From: Okamejei kenojei
Taxonomy: Eukaryota
Direction of reading: 5' to 3'
Assembly (NCBI GenBank): GCA_035221665.1
Contig: CM069162.1
Coordinates: 15,624,001-15,688,000 of the forward strand
Length of the DNA: 64,000 nucleotides
In this document: positions 1-13,429 of the stretch, in pieces
Layout: each line of letters starts with the position of its first letter
How positions within the stretch are numbered: the first letter of the stretch is position 1
Program-made: the position numbers and the translations under genes
The notes under the pieces: generated by a model
What the model saw: only the letters and a program-made list of their open reading frames with translations
Told to the model about the DNA's origin: nothing
Database searches by the model: none

Positions 1-2
1 CT

Positions 3-503
3 AGTGTGAAGCCCTCTGGCAATAGAGGTGGATCTCAGACGCACAAGATCAAACACTCTGGTAGTGATGCTGCATCAACACACTGGAAAAGAAAGACATT
101 CCTTAGATCAGACGTGACCACATTGTCCCCCTTCATAAAACTAACTGAATTTGCAGGCAAAAGACCCCTCCCAACATCAGCACCTGCCAAGAAGGTCTCT
201 GGAAAGAGAAGAACCCAGCTGAAGATCGCCACAGATAACCTAGTAAATGCACAGTCACTGAAAAGATCTGACGTCCAGCCAGTCATTGGGGCGCATGGTA
301 AACCGTGTGACAATGACGATACCCCTCGGAGAAAAAACACAGGAGGCAGAGAGAAAAAGACCAAAAAAGCAACTGCGTTGGACATCCTGCAGCTGTTGAA
401 AGGAGGAAACCATTATTCCAATGCAAATAAGAAACTCAAGGACGTGCCCCTTTATATTACACTTGGCCGTCTGGCCATACCGATTAAAATTATTCCAGAT
501 TGA
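3..503 (+). CDS. 5'-truncated basic (K/R-rich) ORF, candidate alternative terminal exon of HSPG2 or nested gene exon
   Basis: Frame open from the window edge to TGA at 501-503 (over 165 codons), not repeat-derived, ends VPLYITLGRLAIPIKIIPD*; AATAAA at 906-911. Confidence 0.5.
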   Translation, partial: SVKPSGNRGGSQTHKIKHSGSDAASTHWKRKTFLRSDVTTLSPFIKLTEFAGKRPLPTSAPAKKVSGKRRTQLKIATDNLVNAQSLKRSDVQPVIGAHGKPCDNDDTPRRKNTGGREKKTKKATALDILQLLKGGNHYSNANKKLKDVPLYITLGRLAIPIKIIPD

Positions 504-1004
504 GGGGCTTCTGTGCTGGTTTTCTGTGTACACACCTGAATGAAAAATGCATGAAATCAAATTTCCAACTCGTGTACTTAGGTATCTCATTTGCAGGAGG
601 GTGTGATGCCGACTTACTGGGAATAGACTGAGAGTCTTGTGTGCTCGTCCCTGTAAAACATCACACAGAGTAATTGACAAAGGTTTTGAAAGTGTTTTGT
701 ATGTAGTTTGTGAAAGTAATAATGTAGCTCATCTCAGACAGTACCATGGTGCAGGTAACTAACTACCTCAATACAAGCGATGCACTTGGTTCCTTTCCAT
801 TTGTGCTGTTGGAATAGCTATAAAGAAACATGTCTGCATTAATAATTTATTGACTTCAACCAACTAGTCTGCTTTTGATTCAAATATTTGGTCAGTGCAC
901 CCAAAAATAAATGAGCAAAACATTCCACCTCCATACATTCCTTGTATCTAACCCAAATTGTCTTTTGTCAAGTGTTTTGGATCTCCCGCTGGAAGGTTGT
1001 TCAG

Positions 1005-1335
1005 AAGTTCTAGGAGCAGAATTAGCCCAATCGGCCCATTGTCTACTCTGTCATTCAATCATGGCTGATCTATCTTTCCCTCTCAACCCCATTCTCCTGC
1101 CTTATCCCCATGATCCCTGACACCCGTACTAATCAAGAATCTGTCAAGCTCCACCTTAAAAATATCCATTGACTTGGCCTCCACAGCTGTCTGTGGTAAT
1201 GAATTCCACAGATTCACCACCATCTGACTGAAGAAATTCCTCCTTTCTAATGGTACGTCCTTTTATTCTGAGGCTATGGCCTCTGGTCCTTGACTCTCGC
1301 ACTAGTGGAAACATCCTCTCCACATTCGCTCTGAA
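1005..1335 (-). mobile_element. CR1-type LINE 3' fragment
   Basis: Minus translation VERMFPLVRESRTRGHSLRIKGR (CR1 ORF2 C-terminus) plus the 3' UTR shared with copies at 21420 and 62105. Confidence 0.85.
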
Positions 1336-3299
1336 CAAAGGTGCTGGAGGCTTTCAGCTAGTCAAGCAGCATCTGTGGAGGGAATGGATACATAACATAT
1401 TGGGTCAGAACCCTTCTTGAGACTATTGGAATTGGGGGATGATAGACAGAAAAGATTGGTGGGGAGGATAGAGAAAATACCCGGGAGAAGTTGTTTGAGA
1501 AGGGATGAGTGGCCCAGGGTGTTGGGCAGAGAGTTATTTTTCCATCTATTAGCCGTGATTGAAAATCCATAGCAATAGTGAGACATCTGAGAAACATAGT
1601 TGAAATCCTCAGGGTAGTAAACAAAACCAGACATCTAGACAATAGTAAAATGAAGTGCTAAATTGTCAGTAGATCATGGTCAGTAGGTCATGGTCAGTTG
1701 GAAGCTACTAGCTTCAACAAAGCTCAGTGTAATCTCACAGAAAAATGTCATTTTTGAACTGGGACGTAACCATCCGGCCACAATGTTGAGTTCAACAACA
1801 TCAGCTAATCAGCAAGAACCAACATTGTATCCCTAGCTTCCAATCTTCGATCCTTCTGGCAATATTGGATCCCCATTTTGCCCTCTCCTGTTCAACCTTT
1901 CTCTAGACACTCATGTTGTTGTTCAGTAACACCTTTGCAACATCATCCCTTTTGTCACTTGCTCTCTCCCTCCTGCAGCCATGTTGCAGATTTGCCTTAG
2001 GGTTTTCACAGTCAATAGACAATAGGTCTATTGGAGCAGCACCACCATTCAAAGTGATCATGGCTGATCATCCACAATCAGCACCCCGTTCTTGCCTTCT
2101 CCACATATCCCTTGACTCTGCTTTCTTTAAGAGCAGAGCTCGATCTAACTCAATCTAACTCTATCTAAGCTCTATCTAACTGGGGGTGGGGGGAGTCCAC
2201 CCTCTCCCCCAATTTTGTTCAAAGTTTACATATGTGCCTTTTGAAACTGGCACTGTTTAAAAATAATTAGTTAAAATGTTGCTGTAATGGTGCTTCTACA
2301 TAATGCCTAACATAAAGTTGTTTTTTGGATTGGTGATACATTTTCATCAACAGTTCATTCGATGCACTTCCCTTCAGGACTTCCTCTGTGGTAACGTTGT
2401 ACAGATGCTCGTCCCCACACTGTTTTATAGAAAGGCACCTTTTGGGACATTATTTTCTTCTGATTATTAGACATGAGAAAGGAAGTTCTTTCCACTATTT
2501 TATTCAATGTTTCTTCAACTCTAACTTGAGTATAAAACAGAGCACTGAGAATGTTATCGTTGCACCCAGCACATACAGTGGTTATGGATAAAGACAGGGC
2601 AGGCCCTCAAGTTCAAATTCTGAATTGGGGCAAGGCACAGAGGGTGGTGGGTATATAGTAATAGCTGCCGGGGGAGGTAGTTTTAAAAGACTTTTGGACA
2701 GGCACATGTACTGAAATGGTTTAGAACAATACGGGCCAAGGGAGTGAGATGGGACTTGTGTAGAGAAGACATCTTAGATGACTGGACAAGTTGGGCTGAA
2801 TGATCTGTTTCCATGTCGTTTGACTCTAGTAACATATGAAACTCAAACAATGGACGCAGGAATTGGTCACCAGGCCCCTCCCACCATTAAATATGATCAA
2901 GCCCGTTATGCCCTATGCGTCAGCTCCTCTTTGGGGCAGTTCTTCATTGCCCACAAATTATTGCCTCTCCTTTAATTATTGCCTCTCCTCTCCGTGATCC
3001 AGCCTCCTCAACCATCTGGGGTTGAGAAGTCAAGCAATTCACTGCCCTCTGCGAGAAGAAGAGGGCAGTGAACTACATCTCAGTTTAAAATGACCAAACC
3101 CTTCTCTCAAAACCATGTTCATTTGTTCAAGAACTTCCTGCTGAAGCTAGAAAACAAGTGAATATATTGTTTGGCTCCAGTAATTCACAGATATCTCATG
3201 AGTTTTATTTCCGGCCAGCGAATATTCAAAGGAAAGGGTTTCCTCAATCCTGCCTTCATGTTCAAATACTCATCGAGAAAGTCCAACCACAACTTCTAA

Positions 3300-4500
3300 A
3301 ACTTCCACTTGTCTGGTCTTTGAGAAAGTTTGTTCACTGACTAAATAAAGCCATCACTAATTTAACAATCCAGTGGCATGACTTACTGCCACTTATTTTA
3401 AACTGGGGGCTGTTCAGACCTGTTCCCAGTTGCCTTTGAGCAGATGCTGCTGAGGCATTGCGTTACCCTGTTGTAGTCCATCTGTTGGTGATTTTCTCCA
3501 AGTGGTGGCTGTTGCCTGAGGAGTTGTGAAATACTTATGATCATCTGTGAATACCCTATTTCAAATTTCATAATGGAGGAAGGACATTGAAGAGAATTGG
3601 TCTTTGGACAACTCTTTCTGGAGATCCCCGAGTTACTGCGTGTATTGTTAATAGTGGTAGTGTGATCAATGAATAGAACGCAGTGACATCTATGCTTTCA
3701 CTTGTACTGGATGGGGATTATTTATCTTTCCACCACACTTGTTACAAGCTATTTGTCAGCTCAAGAGTTGATGTTGAGATAGCCTGCTCCAACTTTGGAA
3801 GTGCTGTGGATACAAGTGAGCCTCATGGAATCTTTAGTGACAAAGCCTTAGAATGAAGCGAAGGTCATGTTGACGATGCTTCCATGAGGAACGGGCAATG
3901 AACGTGTGAGGCTGCAATGATGCCAACAAGCATAACTATTGTCCTCTGTACCAAGTATAACTCAAGATTTCCCGAAGAGCCTCGTTGATCAAGTTTTATT
4001 GGACTATCATGTATTATTATGCAATCAAAAAGTCTCTTGCTGACAGGCAATGCTTCAGCCTGCATGCTGGTCTTCAGCTCTTGGGGTCATAACTGGATCA
4101 GAATGTGATGAAATATGAATCAAGTGGATTTATTGAAACTGGAGCTAAATGCTTAATGAAAAGGATATGGGAGATATTGAATCATGGTTGCATTATATAC
4201 TCCATCCATCAAGTAATTTATCCTACTCTCAGCAGATGGGACATATCTGGACCATCTTTTACACTATATGTCAGAATTGCAGCTGTGCTCCTTGGTGTTT
4301 GAGTGCAGCTCAGTCTTGCCTAAAGAGCTCTATTTTTGTGCCTCTTGACCCTTTGACTGTCATCTCGTTTCAACACCATTCAAGACATTTATCCATACCT
4401 GGTTTGTCTTTGCGTGAGTATTATTCAGGATGACTAGTTCTACATGCAGAGAGATGGGGAAGAGCATCTGTCCACAACTTTGCCAATAAATTGTATAAAC
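3300..4500 (-). mobile_element. Highly decayed non-LTR retrotransposon (CR1/L2-group) reverse transcriptase fossil; may extend to about 7500
   Basis: Minus-strand motifs in the expected order: KMVQICPI (4235-4258, like WKxAxVxPI), GSPERVVQRPILFNVL (3581-3629, like GVPQGSVLGPILFNI), FTDD (3540-3551, like FADD); many stops. Confidence 0.5.
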
Positions 4501-5499
4501 AATGATATCAACATTCATTCACACATTTTTTTTTTGAAAATACAGCTGGTATCATGATCACTAGTGTTGAAAGAAAGAGTTCATGTTCCAAATAGGACTT
4601 TAACCAGTGATAGCAAAAACAAGTCAAACCAGCAGAAGTAGTAGATCACGTGCACTTAGAAGGTCAATGGAATTCTCTTGGGTGTTCTGCTGGAAAATTA
4701 ATGAGCACACGTGAACACATGGGTGAACCAGAGCAACAGGTTAAAAGGTTAACTAATTGAACAAAAGCTATCAATGTGATGTGGTATCTCGGCAGTCAGA
4801 GCGAGCAATAGGAGGATACAATCAAAATAAGTTACAAACAGAAAACAAGCTTGAAATTTGGAATTGGAATAATTATTCCTTTACAAATGAAAGATACGTT
4901 CCTGGATGTTTTTGGACCACTTTATGTTCCTCTCAACAAATATGAATCAGCACTGACATTGGCTGCAAGAGTTTAGAGATGGCACAAATATATTAACAGT
5001 CGGGCTTGTTCAAAGCCCCATTCAGCTGGGCAAGCAGCAAAGGATGACCACTCCTGTTTGTTTACAGACAAAAAACAACTAAACCTCCATTATGTTGATG
5101 GTGCTTGATGTTACGGTTACTTTTCAGATATTGTACATACTGGACAATTATTGCAAAGCTTAGAAAAAGAGTAATTGTGAGTTGGGATCATGTTGAATTC
5201 ATGACTACTATTTAAGTGATATTTCTACATTGTGTTTACGTTGACATGTGTTTTTACCTTGATTGATGTCAATAAAAAATCCTAATTAAATCAATTCTAT
5301 CCACTAATTTGTAATTGGTCTACGTACAAGAGTTGTCATTTGGACATGCACACGGTTTTGATCTGTGGTCACCATCTGTTGCGAGCTGACCACCTTCAAA
5401 CTTGTCCCACTGCCCTTTCCTGAGTGGTGGGATAGCTCACAGACTTTGTCCAAATATGTTGGAATAATGCCTTTAAACCTGTTTCATTGAGTCGTACAA

Positions 5500-5780
5500 C
5501 TTGGTAGCAGGCCCGTGGGTCCAAAACCCATTTCAAGCGTCCACTTGCACCAATCCCTTTTTGTACTTTTTCCCATATTGCCATCAGTTTGCCGTGCCCC
5601 GATATTCCACCACTCGCATACACACCGGTGGCCAAATAAATTACCAACCCAAACATCTTTGGGAAACAAGAAGAGACTGGGGAGCCCATGCAGTCACAGG
5701 GAGAACATGCAGATTCCACACAGACAGCACCGGAGGTGAGGATCGAAGCCACATCACTGGTGCTGCCAACTGGTGCAGAC
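5500..5780 (-). mobile_element. Diverged tRNA-derived SINE (HE1-like)
   Basis: Reverse complement of the SINE body (cccatgcagtcacagggagaacatgcagattccacacagacagcacc...gatcgaagcc). Confidence 0.7.
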
Positions 5781-8700
5781 ACCGAGTTGCAAAGATGACA
5801 ATTAATCATGCTATTAAGGTGTGCATGTAACACCATCAACATCACAGGACTGCACGGCAGAACATCAATCTGTCACCTGACAGGTGAGAAGCTAATAGCC
5901 CCAGTGAATCAATGGGATACAGACTCGTGGTGTACCTCGGAGAAGCCTTTCATGAAAGCCCACTGGTTATGAATTTGAGTGGCATGCATTCATTGCTTTT
6001 TTTAAATCTGGCCTTTTAGTAGAAACTAAACCTGCACGAATGATTGCCGCTGTTGGCAAGTTTACCGAGGTCAACACAATGGACTGCGACATTACTTCAG
6101 CTATTGCAAACCTGCGCCTCATTGATTCACTGAGATATACTGTAGTATTCTTTGACATACTGTAAATTGTCAGATGACCAAGTGATGTATAAAGTTACAG
6201 GGTGGGTGATCGGGTATTCACATTACACAAGTAAAGTCCTACATCTGGACTCTTCAGCTGCGCTAACTCACAGTCGGAACTTTGACCATCTGATATGTTT
6301 ACAACATTAGGAACGGAAGAACCCAATTAAAAATCTCTTTGGAAGCTGTTTAAATAGACCAATGTCAATCAAATTCTTAGCCCCTGTTTTTGAGAGTGTT
6401 TGCAGTGAAGTGAATTGCAGGAGTAGCTGTGTTGCAGAGCAGATATCCTCTATACAACATGTTAAATGATTTCTGCTTTCTACAGTTCTATGCACAAATT
6501 CTTTTGAACTCTGAGTGTTGGTGGCAGTGAAAGAAACTGTTCGGCTTAAGGCTGAAGCAGTGGAGAACTAATTCCAGCCCTCGTCTTGTCCACACCACAA
6601 CACAGGGCTTCTGCCCTTACTGTGAGCTATAGACAGATGGGTCCTCACACCATTGAAGCAGTGATTACTGCAACCAGTTGGAGCAGAGGACCACTCAGCT
6701 GCTGCTTGTGCCGTTCACTGGGGCGACGTGAACTTGATCCAGATTATATTGGTCAAGTTATATTTGTGTGGGACACGCAAGGCTCAGGCTTGAACCCTGC
6801 CACACAAGTCCACATACATTGCCCCAGAGTCCATGTATCCTTGTTGGTTCTTGTTACTCGTAACCACAGGGAAGAGATGATCTTGAGCGTTTTTGAGTTA
6901 AACAGTCTCAGCTGTCAATACAACCTTTAACCTGCTTAGCATAGGAAACTTGGACCTTCCAATCTCTCTCCATTGATTCTGAAGAAGGGTCTCGACCCGA
7001 AACGCCGCCTATTCCTTCGCTTCATAGATGCCGCCTCACCCGCTGAGTTTCTCCAGCATTTATGTCTACCCTCTATCCATTGATTGGTGCCTTATAATTG
7101 GTAAGTTTAAAGCTCATATTGATGAGATTGTCCACCGACTGGTAGAAAATGACTATCAGCAAGGAAATCTGGTCATGATGAATGCCTTGTTATACATAAC
7201 TCCTTGTTACTTTTTCTGCAGGCGTGCAAGAACATTTGTTGAAGTACATTGTCACCTTGATAATTGTATCACATGTGCTTCTAAGACTTTACCTTATTTA
7301 AGACCAAGGGCATTTACTACAGTTAATGCAGTAAAGTGTTTATAGATTCAGACCTGTTGTCTTGGTGCAAGAATTGTTCTGGTTGGCTACACAGAGGGTA
7401 AGCCACTTACTTTAAGGTAAGAGCCTGTGATATGTAGGACAGCTCCTGCAATTGTAGTTTTATTTCTACCATCCTTTCCACACTGCTGGGAAGTGTTGCT
7501 TTGCTGGGCTAGTTGGAACTCAAGCTATCCCCATTACTTTTGGGTGCTGGTGGCTTTATATGTGAGAGAAGTTCAATGTATATGAGGTGTGCATGCTTGT
7601 GTGTGTGTGCTTGTATGTAATTATGTGCATTAATGCTCATATTCAGATGAAACAATAGTTACATAACAAGTGTGGCGTTACGCACATTCATTTGTGCAGT
7701 CTTCTGTAGCACGAGGTTTGTCTCCATTGTTTTGATAGTCGTGCAACAAGTCCAGTATCTGCTGTTGTCCACGCATTGGACTGGATTCTTTGAGGGTGCT
7801 TTTTATTTACATAAAATTCCTGGCAATCAGTTTAGCTGAGAGAATGGAGCAAGTGTTAATATAATTCCAACATTAGGGCTAAGCACAGCTTTCTAACATC
7901 CTTGCATCATTGGTCAGAAGTGATATTAGAAGTACTTCACTGAGATCCTGGTGTACTCAGATTGAACGTAGTGAGCTACAAAGGTGTTTTCATTTAACCT
8001 TGTGTTCTGTTTGCTTCACACAGAGTTATTATTCGCTCTGGCAGCCAGCAGAATTTGCTCACAGATGTGCTGCTTAACTTGTTGCGTGGCTTTGCACAAT
8101 TGAGTCCAGTACTCTAATTGAGATTGTCTGAATAATTCCCCAGGAGTCAAAGCATTAAAAAAGTTGCAATTTAATAGCAGGATTTACGTTTTAAAGGCGA
8201 AGCAAAAGTGTAGAACAGTAATTCATTTTTTCGGTAAAGTCACTGTTACATGGCCAAGTGCTGTTGCTCTAATGACTCTATGTCATACTGGTTGTTATCA
8301 GGACGCAAGCACAGAAAACCAAGAGAAGAGTATTAATATTGCCCGAGATATCTGATAATCTCTGCTGCTCTACTTTAAAACATCCTTTGATTTGCTGCCC
8401 TGTATTTCTCTGTCCCATTGCTAGTGTTGTGTATAGTTGGTGGTGGTGAACGTTTACTGGTGCCCTGTCAGCTTTGCTGCTTGCGATGTTTTCTACCTTC
8501 AGTTCTCCACATGTAATGATGTTGACGGAACAAAATGGCTGCTTCTGCCACTGTGTAGAACCAACATCTTTTTAAAACACGCTCTGGCATGTTGCTCTGG
8601 GGAAATGGGAGCTGATTAATTATCGTTGAGTTGTGAAGAGTTATTGCAATGTGTCCATTGGCTTGTAATTTTACAATATCCATCCCAAGTAAATTGCAAG

Positions 8701-9781
8701 TTAATGGTCCGGTACGACTAATTTTGTGCTTTTTAGAATTGTTAAATAATGAACCAAAATTAGATCAGAAAAAGGAGTTAAAAGTCTGAAAACTGCAGAG
8801 AAGTGATAAATCGTTGAAACAACACAAACCTCCCCTTCAGCTACTGAAAGCAATGGAAGCAACTAAAGTCAAACCCATGTTCTGGTACAGTGAATCACAA
8901 AGTCCAGAATGGGATTGTATGCTTCATGGCGTCTCCCATATAAAGCTCTCCATTTAGTCCCCATTTGCCTGTTCTCTTCCATTAGCATTTCCAAAGTTTT
9001 CATTTTTTTGGTAAATGTCCAATTCCCCTTGAAACATTTTTATTGATTCTACCACTATCTCCCATTTGGTCCTTACTCCAGATGTTGTAAATGTAAATCA
9101 CTTGGTTATAGGCAGACAACTATCCCCTTACTTACCTTTTGAGAGTCTCTCCTAATCCCTCCTTAATCCGTGATCAGATCTCCTGTGCATGAGGAAGAAC
9201 ATTCCTAATGTCTGTAGTCTCCAGAAGTGACCGAAGCTGACTCATGGCTTTCCTGGAACTGGGCTTGGATGGCCTGATTGCACATCATTCTCCGAAGCAC
9301 ATTTAGGATACTGACATTAATGGGGGTGTAAATATTGCACAAACAGCTGGAACCAATAGCCCCGGCAAACTGCCAAAATACAGGGAGGCACGGGAGATTG
9401 CAGATGTTGAAATCTGGAGCGAAATACAATTGGGAGGAATTCAGTGGATGGAGAAGCATCTTGAAAGGAAAGGAATGGTTGACATTTTGAATCAAAATGT
9501 TGACTATTTCTCCCTCCTCCCCATTGATTGTGCTTGACCCATTGAGTTCCTCCAGCAGATTGGTTGTTGGTCTTAATACAATTGTGGTCAAGTGGGCATT
9601 GGGTGAGAGTGATGTCCTTTCACTGAAGATCAAGAATAAAGCCTTCCTGCAGATGACGAATCAAAATTAAAATCCCACATAAATTGACTCTAGTCTGGGC
9701 TCAAAGAAAGTTCACATGCACCCAATTTTGGATTATGTTTTAAGAATTGTTTCTAATCTCTCTTTCCAATACCTGTTACAG

Positions 9782-9831
9782 ATGTGCTCCAGGATACACT
9801 GGGAACCCCATATATGGACAGCGCTGCACCA
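9782..9831 (+). CDS. HSPG2: Perlecan exon, laminin EGF-like (CAPGYTGNPIYGQRCT)
   Basis: ttacag acceptor, gtaagt donor, 50 nt, phase 2 to 1; resembles human CAPGYYGNPSQGQPCQ. Confidence 0.92.
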
Positions 9832-10815
9832 GTAAGTCTCGAAACCTTGCAATTCTCCAACAGCTTGTATTTTCTCCTTCCTGGCAGTTGAAATTACACT
9901 AAGTGTAAGGATATGGTCACAGGTCCAGATGGATTGCACCCAATGAACCACAGCGGAAGGAGATGGCAGAGTAATTTAGCTTTCCAGTATAACATTCAGC
10001 AGATAAATCAATAGTCGTATATGATATTAGGGCAATGTAAAGGAAGATAGTAGCACTGATCTAGGAACTCATAACCGGTCCAACTACTTGAAGTGATTAG
10101 GAGCTTGCCAACAGATCAAATAACAAAACATCCAGTGATTGAGAACACGAGAAATAGGAGCCGGAGTCTACCACCTGGTCCTTCGAGCCTGCTACACCAT
10201 TCAAGATTATGAATGACCTTGGAGTAATAGAGTCATACAGCATGGAAACTGGCCCTTCAATTCCAACTTGCCACGCGGACCAACATGCCCCATCTGCACT
10301 AGTCCCACCTGCCTGTATCTAGCCCATATTTCTCTAAACCTATCTTATCCATGTACCTGTCTAAATGTTTCCTAAACGTTGCGATACTGCCTGCCTCAAC
10401 TACCTGCGGTTGATGTAGGAACGATATACCTGCACTAAAGACCTTCTAAGTTAGGTTAATTTCCCTGCACGATCCCAATATCTCTCAATTCCCTTATTGT
10501 CTCAGAATCTATTGATCATTGCTTTGAATAAACTCAACAGCTGAGCGTCTCCAGTTGTCTGATACAGAGAATTCCTTTGGAGAATATAATAGAAAATGTC
10601 AACATGAATTTGCAAAGAGACATTGTTATTTAATCAACATTTTTAAACTGAGGAAATAAGATAAATGAAGAACTGTTTGAAAATTGATCAAAAGGATGCA
10701 GTATGTGGGGTTGTTGAGAATTGATATTTTTATTCTATTGAAATGTAGAACTTTATGTTAACCTTTCCGATCTTCATAAACTGACAAATGATGTCTGATG
10801 TGATGGTTTGCACAG

Positions 10816-10892
10816 TTGCAGGTCGTTGTACTTGCGATTGGAGAGGCAGCATTGAAACCCAGTGTGATGCCAGTGGAAATTGTCGATGCAAG
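10816..10892 (+). CDS. HSPG2: Perlecan exon, laminin EGF-like (IAGRCTCDWRGSIETQCDASGNCRCK)
   Basis: cacag acceptor (alternative in-frame AG at 10820-10821), gtaaag donor, phase 1 to 0; Cys spacing as human CNCDPQGSVSSQCDAAGQCQCK. Confidence 0.9.
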
Positions 10893-11269
10893 GTAAAGGA
10901 TATCTCCAGTCACTGAAGCAGTGTACCTGACCTACTCAAGTGGTCCAAAGATTAAAAATACATTCTACAAAATAATGTACCAAATACTAGAATAGCACAT
11001 CGAAAGGTCATATTTTGAAAAGGTGTTTGTTTCCATTGGGTATAGGAAAATGAATTGCAGCAATTTGTTATCACAATAAGGGGATGCACTTTTACACCTG
11101 ACCCTCATTCCAGTAGCGGTGAGCTAAGATCCTCTGAGACAAACAGTAACCTGTGCCTTTTCACCATGAGATTCAGCTGATGTAGGTGACATTTAGACTG
11201 GTAGGGTTCACACAGGAATAACAACTACCTGAGCAATACATCGGTACATAAATCATGTGGGTCTCTAGG

Positions 11270-12070
11270 AGCAAAGAGACTGCAAATGCCGAGATGTTGC
11301 AAGAAATGACCTACTGGAGGGATTCCTTGGGTCAGGATCGACTGAAGAAGGAAATGGACAGTGGATGTTTCAGGTTGACCTTTAACCTGGACAGAAAGAG
11401 TTGAAGAGACGTGGCCAGGGTAAAGAGGTGACAGGAAGTTATGGGGCAAGAGTTGGCAAGCTATAGGTGGATCTACATGATGAGGGATTAATTGGCAGAT
11501 GGAGTCAGCGGGAAGGGTGGAGGCATCGAAGAGCAGCAGATTATGAAATTTGATAAGAAAGGAAGGTGGAGAGTGGAACCAAATAAGGGTGGGATAGTGG
11601 GTAGATGAGCACAGGGGAGGGGAAGGGCTCGGGGACCCAGTGGGAGGAATTTGTGGGTGATGGGCAGATGATAGGTGGGATAGGCACAAGAAACTGGGGC
11701 GTTGGGGGCGAGGGGGTTCCATTGATTTGGAATAAAGGGACGGGTGGTGTGAAAGGATCTGGATAGACCAGGAGAGAGAAAATGACAGAAGGGAAGCAGG
11801 TTAAACTAAATTGGAGAATTCAATGTTCATGGTGTTGGGTTGTGGACTACCCAGGCTGAATATAAGAACCACTTTGGCAGTGAAGAGCAGGAGAAGAAAC
11901 TGACACAAAGAGCTATGAAAATGAATGAATTTGGGGTTTCAAGTGGTAGCCTGGCAGCGCACACATCACGACCATTGTAGGTGGGACAAACAAGGAGTCC
12001 TCGCGACTGAGAAAAGACTGATGTGGGCTCCGAGATGTCACACTCCCAAATGAGGTGCTTTCTACGTGAC
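11270..12070 (-). mobile_element. Penelope-like element remnant (GIY-YIG endonuclease C-terminus and terminal repeat)
   Basis: Minus translation at about 11802-11868 LIFSLGSPQPNTMNIEFSNLV*, like the PLE LIFRLGTLxPxGxNxE terminus, followed by the degenerate gatgctgcctgacc-type terminal region. Confidence 0.7.
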
Positions 12071-12309
12071 AGTGGAGCATAGATTAGTCTCATAGAATAC
12101 AGCACAGAAATGGGCCCTTTTGGCCCGCCTAGTCCATGGTGACTCTGATGGCCGTCTATTCTAATGCAACCTAGTCAGACAACAAAACTCAATGGATTTG
12201 TTGTTTCATCTGAGAATTAGAGCCACAAAATGTGGTGGTCTAAATCTGCACACCGCCCTGACCCACATCAGGCTTGCTGTTAGGATCTCCATATCTCTCC
12301 GCACATAAG

Positions 12310-12745
12310 CTGCTCTCACGGTGGTCTACTACCAGTTCCACTATCCGCATCCTTGTATCCCTCTCCTTACCACGCCTTCCCCAGCCAACAATGGGCCATT
12401 GTGGGCTCCACCCTTCCTGAGGTCATCTGTTGCCACACCTGATTTGTTCTGGCCTTTTCTCGCCTCGAGTCCCACTCCCCTCCCTACCAACCTCTACTCC
12501 CAGTCTGAAGACCACCAAATTAGTAAAAGATTATTCCTCCTGAGAAGGTATCGTGCTAACAATCTGGTTCAAGTGCCTTCACCACCAGATAGGGACCTCA
12601 AAATACATACCCATTTAAGAAGGGTCTCGACCCGAAATATCACCCATTCCTTCTCTGCAGAGATGCTGCTCGTCCCACTGCGTTACTCCGGCATTTTGTG
12701 TCTATCTATGGTGTAAACTACCATCTGCAGTTACTTCCTACCCAT
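12310..12745 (+). mobile_element. Penelope-like element 3' region/terminal repeat (interrupted)
   Basis: ccagccaacaatgggccattgtgggctccaccc and agaagggtctcgacccgaaa...gatgctgc...ctgcagtt motifs, shared with 13020-13270. Confidence 0.7.
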
Positions 12746-12841
12746 TTGCACCCCTCAGCTTTAGTATGGTATATGACGAGTGTTAAATGTTTCTGGACTT
12801 CAAGTTCATCTTGATGACATGTTGTTTGTTTCTAATTACAG

Positions 12842-12982
12842 CCCCATGTGGAAGGCCCGACTTGTGACACTTGTAAACGTGGCCACTTCTTCCTGAGCAC
12901 GGAGAACAGAGAGGGCTGCCTGCCATGTTTCTGCATGGGAGTGACCCATCAATGCAGCAGCTCCCCCCACTACAGGAAACTG
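12842..12982 (+). CDS. HSPG2: Perlecan exon (PHVEGPTCDTCKRGHFFLSTENREGCLPCFCMGVTHQCSSSPHYRKL)
   Basis: ttacag acceptor, gtacgt donor, 141 nt, phase 0-0; GCLPCFCMG matches human perlecan. Confidence 0.95.
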
Positions 12983-13429
12983 GTACGTCCATGTCCGTTC
13001 CGCTAAGTGGGAAACTACCTGATTTCTCTAATTTCAAGTAACTCCTGCATTCCCTTCCCTCCCCTCTCCCACCCCCTCCCCCACCGTCGTACTACCAGTT
13101 CCATGATTCGCATCCTTGTATTCCTCTCATTATCACATCTTCCCCAGCCAACAATGGGCCATTGTGGGCTCCACCCTTCATGAGGTAACCTGTTGCCAGC
13201 CCTGATTTGTTCTGGCCTCCCACCCCCCTCCCCCCCACCCCTCCCACCTTTACTCCCTGTCTGAAGAATTTGGGTCCTGGTCTTGTGTGCCATTGATGTG
13301 GATAATTCCATCAGTTTTTATTTTTTGTGACTTCATTTTCCCAAGTCATATTCCATTTGTAAATGGTCCACACTTATTTCCAGCAAGACCTACACCTGGA
13401 TATTGGGCCTCCATTCACAGAGCTAGAAT

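Noticed and set aside
3038-3072. Perfect 13-bp inverted repeat ttcactgccctct/agagggcagtgaa
   Set aside because: Within decayed LINE sequence; likely a local template-switch inversion, not a terminator
5396-5845. 149-aa minus-strand ORF and the many similar GAVCVEFA/GRKPE ORFs
   Set aside because: Chance translations of SINE sequence
11225-11722. 165-aa Pro/Ser-rich minus-strand ORF
   Set aside because: Lies in the pyrimidine-rich 3' region of a Penelope-like remnant; no splice or domain support
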